A stretch of DNA of 64,000 bases from Mobula hypostoma. Lineage: Eukaryota. The notes below the pieces were generated by a model, which was not told the origin of the DNA, did no database searches, and was given only the letters and a program-made list of their open reading frames with translations. Numbering within the stretch: position 1 is the first letter of the stretch; each line of letters opens with the position of its first letter. Shown here one piece after another: positions 50,401 to 63,769 of the stretch. Where the stretch lies: contig NC_086097.1 of NCBI RefSeq assembly GCF_963921235.1, forward strand, positions 236,780,001 through 236,844,000, in the 5' to 3' direction. The translations under genes and the position numbers were made by a program.

Positions 50401-51170
50401 TTCTTTCACTGCTCTATCGCTCTGGGTCCCATCCTCCTCTCAAATTAGTTTAAACCCTCCTGAACCATGCTAGCAAACCTACCTGCAAGGATATTGCTCC
50501 CCCTGGAGTTCAGGTGCAACCCATCCAATCTGTACAGGTCCCACCCTTCCCCAGAAGAGTTCCCAATGATCTAAAAATCTAAAACTCTGCTCCCTGCACC
50601 AACTCCTCAGCCGCGCATTCAACTGCCATCTCCTCCAATTCTTACCATCACTGTCACGTAGCACTGGCAGCAATCCTGAGAATGCCACCCTTGAGGTCCT
50701 GTTCTTCAGCCTTCTGCCTAGTTTCTGAAACTCACACTTCAGGACCTCATCCCTCTTCCTGCCTGTGTCGTTGGTCCCAACATGTATCACAACTTCTGGT
50801 TGCTTTCTCTCTCGTACCAGGATGTCGTGCACCTGGTCAGAGACATCCCGGACCCTGGCACCCGGGAGGCAACAAACCATGCAGGTGTCCTTCTCACGTC
50901 CACAAAATCTCCTGTCTGCTCCCTTGACTATAGAGTCTCCAATGACGACAGCTCTCCTCTTCTCCATCCCAACCTTCTGCACCACAGGGTCAGACTCAGT
51001 GCCGGAGGCCCTGCCACCGTGGCTCACACCTGGTCGGTCGTCCCCGCCAACGGTATCCAGGATGGTAAACTTATTATTCAGGGGAATGGCTACAGGAGTG
51101 CTCTGCACTACCTGTCTGCTCACCTTCGCTTTCCCCCATCTGACTGTCACCCAACGACCTGCTTCCGACG
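47476..51170 (-). mobile_element. Near full-length CR1: ORF1 (SGNH esterase-like) + ORF2 (APE-RT), few disablements
   Basis: ORF1 GDSIV, PGA, HVGTND (50479..51150); ORF2 GDFNFP, GDSDH, DFNKAFDKV, GVPQGSVLGP (48403..50133, 47535..48458). Confidence 0.95.
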
Positions 51171-52274
51171 GCCTAGTGTACCTAGTTTACACTTGAAATT
51201 TCTCAATCTTATTCCAATGCTTCATACAATTTCAAGAAAATTGCATTGGTGAAACAAAGCAACCTGGAGGAAACTATCACACAGTTCATGTTTTTAAGTG
51301 CATTGGTGCTTGGCTTTGCTGCCCGTCCCAGTGTCAGACCTGCACTTGTGTAATGTGAAAACTGGTAGCTCATTTGAGCTCACAATTCTCAGCCTGAAGA
51401 CCCATTACCAAACACAACCTTTCTTTCTTGCAGTGGATCTTGGGAGATTAATCATCGCCACATTTCAACTGGAAATAACTCTCATGAATATAACCCTTAT
51501 CATCTGTTTGGCTTTATCTATTGCTGCATTTTATAGTGACACTCTAGGTAAAACAGCATTCTAATGCTGTCAGCCTAACGAGTACAAACACTTGAAAAAC
51601 TGGCTGATTTGTTTCTTCTGTCCTCTACTGGTTGATTACCATCCTTCGACAAGTCCCAGGACAAAATGAATAACCTATCCCAGCACCATATGGATTATAT
51701 TTATGCCTTGCTAAATGTTCTGTGGTTTTGATGGAGCTGGTTTGTGATCTAATTGGATATAGATTTAATTGAAAATTTTAAAAAAATATATAATTTCATT
51801 AGAACTTATCACAGCTCCTACCATATTTCACATTAAACATAGTAGCAAAAGCAAGAAAAAGTCTGACCAGTCAAGAAAACAAATTCATTAGCTATTGTTT
51901 TTCCTTTTTTTCCCCTGACAGTGCCTGTAAGAAAATTAATCTCAGCATATATGTACTTCGATAACAAATTTACTTTGAACTTTGAACTCTCTCCCTGCCT
52001 GAAGAAAATTGGTAGTATCAATCAATTTTAACATGTAGTAGAAATACTCAAAAACGAGCACACAATGTGGTGAGAGGAACCTTCCCACTAAGTCAAGAGT
52101 TCTTGACCTTTTTTATGCCATGGACCCCTTCTCAGAATAATGCATTTAAATATATTGTATAAAATAAAATTCATAGGACTACAAAAGAAGCTAATTATCT
52201 TGAAATACAGTTATTAAAAAACAAATTTGTGATATAGTAATATATAACAAGATTGAAATAAATTGCAGAAATTT

Positions 52275-53100
52275 GTAAATGCAACCCTTTTTTACTGGGC
52301 ATCGCTGGAAATTGAGCTTGTTAGACTCTCACTAACAGCCACTGGACACTGTGGTGAGGAACCCACCTTTCTCAGGCCCCATATGTCTACAACATATACA
52401 ACTTCAGTCCCACCAAACCCACAAGATTGGGATGTTTTGCCCACCCAAACCCCGGTCTGTGTGAATGCTGTGTGATTTACTGCCCCCAACTCCCCACTCC
52501 CACCGTAACTGCCGTCAGCAAGAAGTAACAGACTGCACACTGCAAACAATTATAAAGAAAGTATATTTAAGAATGTTAACTTAACTGAAGAGTTATTAAA
52601 GAAAAGAATGAAAAAAAAACATCATAACTAAACAGTCAAATGTGCACATAAGTTGAAGCTTATCTTGCATTTGCCTTTAACTCATGTGCTGGACCCTCAC
52701 ACTGCATGAAAGCACACACTACCTTCTGAATGTTGCTCGAAATCCACCTTGAAATGGGCTCCCCCACGGGAGTATTGGGCATTCCTCCTTGAACCTATTC
52801 ATCTGCACAAAGCACCTTGTGCAACAGGGTCGGCATCCTCAGACATCTTCTCTCCTGTCTTCCCCTAGCTCCTGCCAAGAAGTCCTCAACCCACACCGGT
52901 GTCCCTCCCAAAAACCTCTCTGCCCAGTGTTCTCTAGAATCTTCTCCCAATTCCACCATCTTGATTGGCTGACACCACATTCCTAAGTTGAACATCAGCT
53001 CACACTCAAACAGGTTGAAAGTAGAACAGACTGCTCTTACAAAACTGCTAAAATTAAATACCTACAGTATGACAGTAAAAATCTTAACCAGGGCATTTAA
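52275..53100 (-). mobile_element. Solo LTR related to 25116-25827
   Basis: Shares gattggctgaca..acattcctaagttgaac and aaatcttaaccag termini. Confidence 0.65.
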
Positions 53101-53109
53101 TAAACTTAG

Positions 53110-53520
53110 CCAGCTCCATCCAGCCTCCAGAGTTTCCAAGATATCTTCAAGGAGCGGTGCCTTGGGAAGATGATGTCCATCATTAAGAATCCCCACCTGC
53201 TAGGACATGCCCTCTTCTCCTTCTTGCCATCGGGAAGGAGGTACAGAAGCTTGTGGACACACACTCAGCAATTCAGGAACAGTTCCTTCCCCTCTGCCAT
53301 ACGATTTCTAAATGGACATAGAATCCATGAACCCTACCTCAATACTTTTTTATTTCTGTTTTTGCACTACTTATTTTAACTATGTGATAGACATATATAT
53401 TTACTGTAAATCAGCTTTCCTCCATGTTTATTTTTCATGTGTTTCGTTGTACTGCTGCTGTAAAGTTAACAAATTTCTCAACATATGCCAGTGATATTAA
53501 ATCTGATTCTGGTTCTGATG
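53110..53520 (+). mobile_element. Rex1-type LINE 3' fragment
   Basis: SIIKNPH..LPSGRRYRSL..FRNSSFPSAIRFLN; (TCTGAT)n tail. Confidence 0.8.
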
Positions 53521-54354
53521 TGCTTTTTTATTAAGACATTAAATAACAAGACTGCACATTTTAAAATATAGGCAAATTAAAATGAAATTTTATTTTTTAA
53601 AGACATATCAGCATGAAGACAGTTGTTGCTTAGCTTGAATAAATATTAAACTATGTGGTGGTCTTTGACAAACCAACGCACATGTCATTTTAGACATTCT
53701 TCACAGGGCTGCCCAATAGCTGACCCAGCTACGGCACGCGAGTGTTTGCAAACAGGAAGACTGCGATCACATTCAATCTAGTGGCGGGTCTATTAACTAC
53801 TGTAATTTTGACGTAGTGACATAGTACACAATATTTTGTGATATTTGTAACAACTGTAATGTGACATAAAAATATCTGTGATTCCTATTAGTGACATAGT
53901 TACAGGTACTTCTAATACTACAGTGGTTTGTTGCCTACATTTGTAATTGAAGGAAATGCTAAACTTCAGTTAGAGGTTAGTGAGAAAAAGACATGATTTT
54001 TTTTTTCCCATCCATATTCACAGACCCCCATAGACTCCAGGTTAAGAGCCCCTGCTCTAAATCAAAGTATTTGAAATAACCATGCAGCTTTATTTGATAT
54101 GATTGACAGCTGCATATTATGTAACTGCATGAGAAATTAATCAGTTTTGAATATGTAATGGTCATGGAAATTTATGGTAATGAGCTGCAAATTATTTCTG
54201 AATGAACTTGGGAGTGATGACGTCATAGACGTTAATCCTGCAGTCTAAATTCCACTACATATTACAGCCACACTGCAGATCTACAAACTGAGAAAACATT
54301 TCGAAAGTGATGAACTATTGATGCTCAACTTTTAAGAGGTGAAGTTATTTTGTA

Positions 54355-55030
54355 GAATGAAGGTGAGGGGGAATTTCTTTAGCCAAAGAGAGGTGAATCT
54401 GTGGAATTTGTTGCCACAAGCAGCTGTGGCAGCCAAGTCACCGGGAATATTTAAGGCACAGATTGATAGATTTTTGATACCAGATTTGGATATGGCCCAA
54501 GTGTGGAGTGAGAGGAACTGAAGCAGGTTGATAGTTCACAGACTTTAATACGAACGGTGTCAAAGGGAAAATAGAGCAATAAACGCTAGGTCAAACAGGG
54601 CCGTTAACTAAAACTCTCAAGAGGAAAATGAAGCCTACACTGTGGCTGAAAAGAATATCTAAACATTAAACGAATACCGCTAGTCTTCAGAGTCAGTTGA
54701 CTTGAAATTCCAATATCTCAGGGAATGCCGATTGCAAAACAGCCGCAAAGAGTTGCTATGCTCTGCCCCAGTCTTGACAAGCACTGCGATGACAAGTACG
54801 GAGTTAAATACTGTCACGACTAAATAATAATTAGCTGATGTGCAAATTCACAAGCGCAGTTGCCATTGCCAAATCGGTGGTTATGACAATTCTAGATTGA
54901 TCAGGGGCATGAAGGGATAAGGGAAGAAGGCAGGAGGTTGATGGAAAATGGACCAGCCATGATGAAATGGTGGAGCAAACTCAACGGGACAAATGGCCTA
55001 ATTCTACTCGTATATTTTATGGTCTCATGG
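54355..55030 (+). mobile_element. CR1 3' end split by an unclassified 418-bp insert (54479-54896)
   Basis: NFFSQREVNLWN peptide and CR1 3' UTR; TTGAT duplicated at 54474-54478 and 54897-54901. Confidence 0.7.
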
Positions 55031-55586
55031 TCGTATATGCAGCCCTCTCTGAGAAAAAAAACATGTTTTTACCAGTATTGAAGAAAATAAAATGTGTGCC
55101 ACTTCACCAAAATATCATGGATAGTGAGTTATTATAAATGCCCAAGAATGCTTTGCAAAGAAGCAGTCTTAGCACAGATTCTCATCCATCCAGTGTCATT
55201 AACCTTACAGAATGAAATTGGATTATTGCACTGCAGTCACATTATAATAGCTGCACTATCAGTAGCATTCTTGACTAGCGGCTGCCAATGGATGCAGTCT
55301 CTAAACTCAATATCGAATTCAACAATTTCTGGTAACCCACTTCCTCCTTTCTATTATAAGGCTATCCATCTGTAAAATTATCTCTCTCCACAGCCACCAG
55401 CAGGGATTTCCTTTTAGTTTCAATTCTCTACAATAGCTCTATCTTACATTTCACAGCTTTTAAATATCTCTTTTTTTTGGTCTTCTTTTTCTCCAACTAT
55501 TCTCATGTCTCTATCAACCTAGTAAATGTCATGTTAGTCCTGGCCTCACCTGTCCCCCCACTGCCCTCTCTGCAACTTTAAAAACG

Positions 55587-55683
55587 GAAGTGTCCTGCTG
55601 AAGGGTCTCAGCCCGAAACGTCGACTGTACTCTTTTTCATAGATGTTACCTGGCCTGCTGAGCTCCTCCAGCAGTTGTGTGTG
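55587..55683 (+). mobile_element. 97-bp Penelope pLTR/hammerhead mini-insert
   Basis: Perfect 12-bp TSD ACTTTAAAAACG (55575-55586, 55684-55695); motif GUC-CUGCUGA-A-GGG..CCC-GAAACGUC-GAC. Confidence 0.88.
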
Positions 55684-55929
55684 ACTTTAAAAACGAACTT
55701 GATTCTGTACTCCCCTAGCTCTGAAGTGTCTTCAACTTGAAATATTAACCCTGTTTCACCCTCCACAGCTGCACCTGACCTATTAACTGTTTCCAGCATT
55801 CTCTATTTTTAATTTAGATTTTCAGCATGGTCAAAACTTTTCTTTTCAATTATGGTTACACTCATGGATACTTTTCTTCCAGAAATGCCAACAATGAAGT
55901 AACTTAACTCCTTTCAATTCTGGAATTTT

Positions 55930-56365
55930 CTATTCAATTCTCCATTTCCATTCCCCATTCTTACCCCTTCTCTTCTCCTCACTTACGCTTCTGGTGCCCC
56001 TCCTCATTCGCTTTCTGCCATCATCCACTATCCTCTCCTGTCAGATTCCTCCTTCTTCAGCCCTTTACCTTTTCCACCTATGGACTCCCACCTTCTCACT
56101 TCACCACCACCACAACCCTCCTCACATTCAACCACCTTTTTCCCTCACCTGGGCTCACCTATCACCTGCCAGCTTGTACTCCTTCCGCTCCCCCTACCCT
56201 CTTATTCTGGCTTCTGACCCCATCTTTTCAAGTCCTGATGAAGGGTCTTGGCTTGAAATATCAACTGTTTATTCCCCTCCATAGATGTTGCCTGACTTGC
56301 TGAGTTCCTGCAGCATGCTGTGCCTGTTATTCTGGATTTCTAGCATCTGCAGACTTTGTGTTTAT
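55930..56365 (+). mobile_element. Penelope 3' UTR/pLTR fragment with decayed hammerhead at 56231-56266
   Basis: Pyrimidine-rich UTR, then agtcctgatgaagggtcttggcttgaaatatcaact and pLTR. Confidence 0.8.
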
Positions 56366-56964
56366 AACTTCTTTCTCTGAATGTTTTCTTCTCTGCTTTT
56401 CAACCTACCAATTCTTCTCTAGTCTTCAGTCAGGTGTTAACTAAACAGTCACATCTCATTCCTTAGTTCCAACTCTTAGATCATGGATGCTGACAGAAAT
56501 TTCACTTCTTTCAATTTGGATTTATCTAGGATCACAAATATCTTTGATCTGTCTAAAAGTTTGTGGTGCACTGCACCCAAGATCTAAACTTAATGCCATT
56601 TATTAAAACATACATGTTCTTGACCTCTCTGCAGTGGTTTAGATTTTGCGGCCCACAGTTCCACTTGATTCTCATATCAAAGTGAAAAAATATATTTTCT
56701 TTCCAACAGATGTCAAAGTTTGATAACAAATGTCAACTATCAATGGCTCTCCAATAATCCTCTGGGTCTTTCTCCCCTTTTGCTTTCCTATAGCCACCAT
56801 CTCTGCCTTGCAAATCTACCTCCTACAGTGTTTTCACCACCTTTCTTGATCTTCACTTCTCTGATCCTAAATCGTAGCTCCTCAGCCGAAGCCTTAGGCT
56901 TAACACCCTAGACCTCAGACTTAATGAATTCCAAGCCAAGCATAACATTGAAGGATGAAAAAAA

Positions 56965-57270
56965 GGATTAGCTTTATTTGTCACATATACATCGAAACAT
57001 CAAAACGTGCAGTGGAATGCACTGTTTGCATTAAGGTTTGTGTTGGGACAGCATGTAAGTGTCACGATGCATCCAGCACCAACATCATCACAGGCCTACA
57101 GCTTACCAGCAATAACCTGTATGTCTTTGGAATGTGAGGGAAAATAGAGCACTCAGAGGAAGCCCACCCAGTCTCAGGGAGAACGTACTGTACAAACTCG
57201 TTACAGAGAGCGGTGGGAATTGAATCCGATCAGAGATTGCTGGCGCTGTAAACCTATGCCACCCTGTGTC
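56965..57270 (-). mobile_element. tRNA-derived SINE
   Basis: gtatgtctttggaatgtg core; reverse B-box-like gggaattgaatcc. Confidence 0.65.
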
Positions 57271-59279
57271 TATCTGCCTCCTCTGCCTCCATGCCTATTT
57301 CTTTGGCCTGAAGTCTTCACTTCAGATTGGACACATTCTAGAAACATAGAAAACCTACAGCACAATACAGGCTTTTCGGCCCACAATGCTGTGCCGAACA
57401 TGTACTTACTTTAGAAATTACCTAAGGTTACCCATAGCCCTTTATTTTTCTAAGCTACGTGTACCTTCTACTGTTACAAGAATCTCTGATCCTGAAATAC
57501 AACCTCTGGCCTTGATCCATTGCTAACTAATGGTACAACATTGACCCTTCTCACATTATTTCACTCCCCTAGCTCACTTTAACCAACCCTCTGTTCAACT
57601 TGCTGCACGGACTAGGTAGAGACTGATCCCAATGTCACCATCAAACATACCAACAAAGCTGTGCTCTTGTAGTTCGGTGAATTGGCCTCAGTCCTACAGG
57701 GGTGTCTTCTTTATCTCCTGCTGGGCTACAAATCCACTACCAGGCACCAGGCCACTGTCCCCAGACACTCTAGGATGGAAATTCCTTGGGATAATTTCTC
57801 TCCAAAGCCTCCAGCTTTATAGTCTCGCAAAGCCAGCTTCTACCATGTCCTCAGAGTCCAGAATTGTCTGGGCAGACCCTTCATTTCAGCCCATTCTTAG
57901 CTCATTGAACTTACTTCTTAGTCATTAATTGCATCCCTTCCAGCCTGGTATCTTTGCACTTATGTCTGTGACACCTCTGATGCCCTTCAACACCTTGACA
58001 GCTTCTAATTTCTTGCCTCAACTGGCAAAATCTTCACCATGGACATTCAATCAATCTGTCAAGATAAAAGTGAAATATTTAATTGCATTGTGGATGAAAA
58101 GCCTCACCAATTAAGAGATTATTAATGGCTGCCTATCAAAATGCATTTCTAAATGTATCCTAAAGGATATTTAACATACATTAATTTAGCAGTAACTATA
58201 AACCTCAGACTTATTATACCAAAGAAAACAAGATTATTGATCGATAATTATTTTATTTATGGGCATCTGTCCAAGGGTGAACAAGAGCAGCAAAATGGGC
58301 TTTGAAAGTAAAGGGCAGCAGAAATTAATTAGATGGAGTATTATCCAGCTTCCCTTGTTATGTATGCTACATGGTTCAGTGATAATTGCTATAACTTGCA
58401 AAAGCAATAAGCTGCATACGTTGAACAGTTGCCTGACATTGTCACATTATGCTCCTGAAAATGGAAGCTTGTGTCTCAATCTGATTAGAACATCCTGGAA
58501 AATTGCCTTCTGTAAATGGCATATTCATTACTAAAGGGGCTGGGGGCACGGTTCTTGCTTCTTTAATCAGGATCGAGAGCCTGCTTCACTCTTCAAATAA
58601 CGGTAGATTAAAGCTCTTGTTCAACTCCAGGTATAATTATTCAGTGAAATGTAAAAACACACAAGCTGAGTGTAGAAGCAACCTTAATGAGCACTGAAAT
58701 CAATTGACGACCTTTGGCTGAAATAATCTGAGTACAAAATCGAAGGACAATTGAAATTAGAGCCAGTTCAGCTTAAGTAAGAGAGTAAAAGAGGACTTGC
58801 TTTTAAATTTAAAGCTTTCAATTCTGGGAAAACTCTAAATGCTTCTACATCAGATTTGCAGTTAAATGTAAGTTTTGTTTAAGGTCTCATGGATGGGGTG
58901 TGGACATAGGAAGTTCAGAGAGTGGAGGCCAACAATTTCACAATGGAGCACAGAAGTATAATTTCTGATCCGAAGAGCCTTCCCATCCTTCCCAATGTTG
59001 TTCCAGATTTCATAGGGTTGTAAAGAGGGTTTTTGACCACTATGAATCCTACCATTAATCATGTATTCTGCGTCTACTCTGTAAATTAATTTACTAAACT
59101 ATTTCAATTTTTTTTCATTAAAAGCTGAGTGACTGCGACCGACCAGGAGCTGATGATAGTTAAGTTAACCTTTACACATTGTGTTCTAGATTTACAACGT
59201 AGCAGTGGGGCAGGAGACTGGTGAGTTGATGAAGACTGTACCTCTTCATTGATATGGGTTTATGAGTAACAACTTAATG

Positions 59280-59620
59280 GAGCAGCACAGTGGTATAGCA
59301 GTTAGCATAACACTTTACAGCTCAGTGATTCAGAAGTTTGGGGCCCAATTCCCACTGCTGTCTGTAAGGAATTCGTATATTCTCTCCGTCCCAACGTGGG
59401 TTTCCTCTGGATACTTCAGTTTCTTCCCACATTCCAAAGATGTAGGGGTTAGCAGGCCAGTGAGTTGTGGACATGCAGTGTTGGTGCCAGAAGCGAGGCA
59501 ACACTTGTGAACTGCTCCCAGAACATCCCCGGACTGTTGGTCATTGATGCAAAGCAGCACATCTCACTGTATGTTTGATGTTTCGATGTACATCTGACAA
59601 ATAAAGCTGATTTTAATCTT
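59280..59620 (+). mobile_element. tRNA-derived SINE
   Basis: gcagcacagtggtatagcagttagc head, cccacattccaaaga core, aataaagc tail. Confidence 0.75.
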
Positions 59621-59699
59621 TAGGTCGTTATGTTGAAGTTTATAGCCCAACTTTAATGCAAATAAAGGCCCTTGATTAAAACAATCACAACTTTAACAG

Positions 59700-60510
59700 C
59701 TATTTCAGATCTTGATCAGCTGGCCAAGTGGGCCAAGGAAAGACAAATGGAGTTTTATTTGGATAGCTAAGTGCAAGATGATGAATTTCAGGAAGACAAT
59801 TGAGGGTAGAACATTCGTAATGAATACTAGGGCCTGGGGAATGTCGTAGAACAGAGGGATCTAGGAGTACAATTACATGGTTTTCTGAAAGGGGATCACA
59901 GGTAGACAGGATGGTAAAGAAGGCTTTTGGCATGCTGGCCTTCATTATTCAGTACATTGAGTATAGAAGATGAGATGTTATATTACAAGACATCAGTGAT
60001 GCTACACTTGGAATATCGTATTCGTTTTGGTCACCCTATTATAAGAAAGATGGATTAATCTGGAAAGAGTTCAGGGAAGATTAATGAGGATGTTGTGAGC
60101 CTCAAGGGGCTGAATTATGGAGGGAGGTTGAGCAGGTTAGAATAAAGGGCTGAATTATGGGGAGAGTTTGAGAAAGTTAGAATGTTTTCATAGGAGTGTA
60201 GGAGAAAGAGGTGAGATATTAAAGAAGTGTGTAAAATCATAAGGTGAATAAATAGGGCCCTAGGATCAGGGAATCAAGAACCAGAGGGCATGCATTGGTT
60301 TAAGGTGAGAGGAGAGATCTGATAGAACTGGAAGGACAACTTTTTCACTCAGTATATGGAAGGACCCATAGGGAAAGTGGTGGAGGCAGGTTCATTAGCA
60401 ACATTGAAAAGGCACTTAAACAAGCACATGGATAGGAATGTTTGTGAAGGATATGGGCCAAACAAGCTTGTAATGGAATCTTTGTTAGCATGGACCAGTT
60501 GGGTCAAAGT
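59700..60510 (+). mobile_element. Degenerate CR1 3' part
   Basis: Decayed RT C-terminus and 3' UTR homologous to 860-1700. Confidence 0.8.
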
Positions 60511-60595
60511 TTCCTTTTCCAGAAGGCTACAGAAGGACCCAGACAGATTAGGAGAATGCTCAAAGGAATGGCAGATGGAATACTGCATCAGGAAG

Positions 60596-60640
60596 TATTA
60601 TTATAGTAGTAGTAGTAATAATAATAATAATAATAAGTAC
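60596..60640. repeat. (TAG)n/(TAA)n microsatellite, probable tail of a minus-strand Rex1-type LINE continuing at 61812-62090
   Basis: Simple repeat followed by ctttattg; ORF 61751..61951 (-) YRKSFLPNAISIYN. Confidence 0.65.
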
Positions 60641-60810
60641 TTTATTGATCTTAAGTGGGAAGTTATTTCATTACAGCAGCAACATTTAAAAACACACTTA
60701 GCAATAATAATGAATAATAATAATATTAGCTAATAATAAAGTACAGAATGATAATATACATAGTAATAATTTACCAATTTGCAGTAATATGCAATACTGT
60801 GCAATAATAA

Positions 60811-61811
60811 TGTACGAAATAATAAAACATTTATGTCCTGATGCTTCTAATAAAATTAAAGCTGACTGGGAAAGAGAACTTGAAATTAATATACTGACTG
60901 AAAAATGGGAAAAAATTCTTCAGTTGCTGAATTCATCCTCTGTATGTGCTAAGCATAGGTTGATACAGTTTAAAGTAGTGCACAGGCCTCACATGTCCAA
61001 AGATAAACTATCTCGTTATTACTCTTATATTAATCCAACATGTGACAGATGTCATTTCGAGATAGCTTCTTTAACCCACATGTTTTGGTCATGTCCCTTG
61101 TTGGAGAACTATTGGAAAGATATTTTTGATATTATTTCAACGGTCCTAAACATAGACTTACAACCTCATCCAATTGCTGCTATCTTTGGACTACCAATGA
61201 TAGACTTAAATAATTTAACCTCTTCATCACGAAGGATGATTGCATTTCTTACTTTAATGGCTAGAAGGTCCATTTTGTTGAATTAGCAAGAGATTAACCC
61301 TCCTACTGTATTTCATTGGTTTTCACAAGCTATGGTGTGTTTGAATTTGGAGAAAATTAGAAGTGCAGTTTATGACCCTTCCATTAAGTTTGAAAAAACT
61401 TGGAGGCCATTCATTCAGCATTTTCATTTGATGTAATTTGATCATTTCCAAACTTGTTTTATCCCTCTGTACTGTTGTTGGAGGGGAATGGAGTCGTCGA
61501 CACTAAGGTTTTCTTCTTTTCCATTTTTAAGTTGTTAGTTTTGCCCAAGTCTTTTAGTTTAGTTGATTAATTTTGTTTTTCTTTGGGGATGGGGTTTGTT
61601 TTTTTTTCTTTTTCATGATTTTTTTCCAGTTTTTTTTTGATTTGTATTATCCGTTGTCAGTTCTACATGTTTGGGAGCTTTGTTAACTTACACTATTTGA
61701 TTTTACAATTACTTTTCCTAAGTGTAACAATATTTCTCCTACTATTTGTATTATTGCTGTGTTTTGTTTCTATACTTCGAAATTAATAAAAAGACTGAAA
61801 AAGAAAGAAAG
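60811..61811 (+). mobile_element. L1-clade LINE 3' fragment
   Basis: ORF 60789..61286 with CCHC zinc knuckle CDRC..LTHMFWSC; T-rich 3' UTR, AATAAA, (GAAA)n tail; possible TSD AATAATAA. Confidence 0.88.
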
Positions 61812-62094
61812 AATAATAAAACAGAGTATCGTACTATGAAGTGTGTTCTCCTGTCGCACAGAGATGAACTATTGTATATGCTTATTGCATTTGGTAGGAA
61901 AGATTTTCTGTAATGATCCTTGAGACAGTGGAGCTGAATGAGCCTGTTCAAAAGGGTGTTCCACTGCTTATTTAGTAGGTCAAGGAGAAGATAAGCCTAA
62001 TTGTCCATAATGGATAACAGTTTATTTAGTGACCTCCTCTCCACCACTAACTCAAAAGAGTCCAAGTTGTGCCCAAGGATGGATTCAGCCTTAT

Positions 62095-62775
62095 GGTCTT
62101 GCACTTTGGTAGAAGAAATGAAAGGTTGGCTCTTTTGTAAATAGAGAGAAAATACAAAAGCACTTGGGAGTCCTTGTGCAGGATTCCCTAAAGGTTAATT
62201 TTCAGGCCTAGTCTGTGGTGAGGAAGGCAAATGCAATGTTAGTACTCATTTCAAAAGGACTAGAATGTAAAAGCAAGTATGTAATGTTGAGATTTTATAA
62301 GGCACTAGTGAGGCCTCACGTCGAGTGTAGCAAGTAGTTTTAAGCCCCTCAAGGATGTGCTGAAACTGGAGCAAGTTCAAAGGAGGTTCACAAAAATGAT
62401 TCCAGGACTGAATAGCTTGTCATATGAAGAGTGTTTGATGGCTCTGGGCCTGTATTCACTGGAATTCAGAAGAATGAGAGGTGATCTATTGAATGGTAAA
62501 CGGCCTTGATAGAGTGGATATGAAGAGGATGTTTCCTGTGGTGGGAGAGTCTAAGACCAGAGGACACAGCTTTAGAATAGACAGGTATCCTTTCAGAATG
62601 GAGATGAGGAGGAATTTCTTTAGGCAGAGAGTGGTGATTCTGCGGAATTCCTTGCAAAAGGTAGCTGTGGAGGCCCAGTATTTATGTACATTTGAGGCAG
62701 AGGTTAATAGATTCTTGATTGATCAGAGCTTTGAGGGATACAGGGAGAAGGCAGGAGATTGGGGCTGAGAGGAAA
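62095..62775 (+). mobile_element. Degenerate CR1 3' part
   Basis: GLDRVD..TRGHSF..RRNFF peptide. Confidence 0.85.
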
Positions 62776-62789
62776 AGGGGATTCCGATA

Positions 62790-63300
62790 TGTCCCCATTT
62801 TAATTCCACTTCCCATTCCCATTCCGATATGTCCATCCATGGCCTCCTCCATTGTCAGGATGATGCCACACTTAGGTTGAAGGAACAACACCTTATATTC
62901 TATTTGGGTAGCCTCCAGCCTGATGGCAAGAACATCAATTTCTCAAACTTTCAGTAATGCTTCCCCCTCCCCCCACTTCACCATTTCCCATCCTCTTGTT
63001 CCTCTCCCCTTGACTGCCCATCGCCTCTCTCTGATGCTACTCCCCCCCCTCGCTTTTTTCTTTCTTCCATGGCCTTCTGTCTCTTTCACCAATCAGCTAT
63101 CTAGCTCTTTGCTTCACCCCTCCCCCTCCAAGTTTCACCTATCACCTGGTGTTTCTCTGTCCCCTCCCCCACCTTTCAATTCTACTCCTCAGCATTTTTT
63201 CTCCAGTCCTGCCGAAGGTTTTCAGCCCAAAATGTCGACTGTACTTTTTTCCATAGATGCTGCCTGGTCTGCTGAGTTCCTCCAGCATTTTGTGTGTGTA
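62790..63300 (+). mobile_element. Penelope 3' fragment (GIY-YIG end, UTR, decayed hammerhead at 63205-63240)
   Basis: Homologous to 28800-29350. Confidence 0.85.
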
Positions 63301-63394
63301 AATTCATCAGTATTTTTTTATGAGTTAATTTGAGATCAGTTAAGCAAATTTCTATCTATTGTTTTTTCTCTTTATCAAACATCTTTATTAAGGT

Positions 63395-63700
63395 GGGATA
63401 TCCAGAACTAGAGGGCACAGCCTCAAAACTGAGGGACAACATTTTAGAACAAAGGTAAGGAGGAATTTTTTAGCCAGGGAGTACTGAATCTATGGAATGC
63501 CGTGCCACAGACTTCGGTGGAGGCCAAGTCCGTGCATATATTTAAGGCAGAAGTTGATCATTTCCTGATTGATCAGGGCATCAAAGGATATGGTGAGAAG
63601 GTGTATGGGGTTGAGTGGGATTGGGATCAGCAATGATGGAATGGTAGAGCAGACTCGATGGGCTGAAGGGCCTAATTCTGCTCCTAGCTCTTATGGTCTT
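63395..63700 (+). mobile_element. CR1 3' fragment
   Basis: gaactagagggcacagcctcaaa..aggaattttt..CR1 3' UTR. Confidence 0.75.
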
Positions 63701-63705
63701 ATCTC

Positions 63706-63769
63706 TGCTGTGCAGAAGTCTTAGGCACATACCTTTAGCTAAGGTGCCTAAGGTTCTTGCACAGTACTG
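63706..63769. mobile_element. Short hairpin MITE (Tc1/mariner-like termini)
   Basis: ctgtgcagaagtcttaggcac / gtgcctaaggttcttgcacagtactg inverted repeat. Confidence 0.6.

Larger units (their letters stand above)
52094..54055. mobile_element. Non-autonomous hAT (Charlie/MER-like) element with nested LTR and LINE
   Basis: TIRs CAAGAGTTCTTGACCT / AGGTTAAGAGCCCCTG; 8-bp flanks cactaagt / ctctaaat match 6 of 8. Confidence 0.65.

Noticed and set aside
51315..51358. Cys-rich CCPSQCQTCTCVM* as a terminal exon
   Set aside because: No convincing splice acceptor, no recognisable homology and no neighbouring exons.
60596..60810. AAT-rich array as a CRISPR-like or coding repeat
   Set aside because: Simple microsatellite from a LINE tail, with no repeat-spacer structure.
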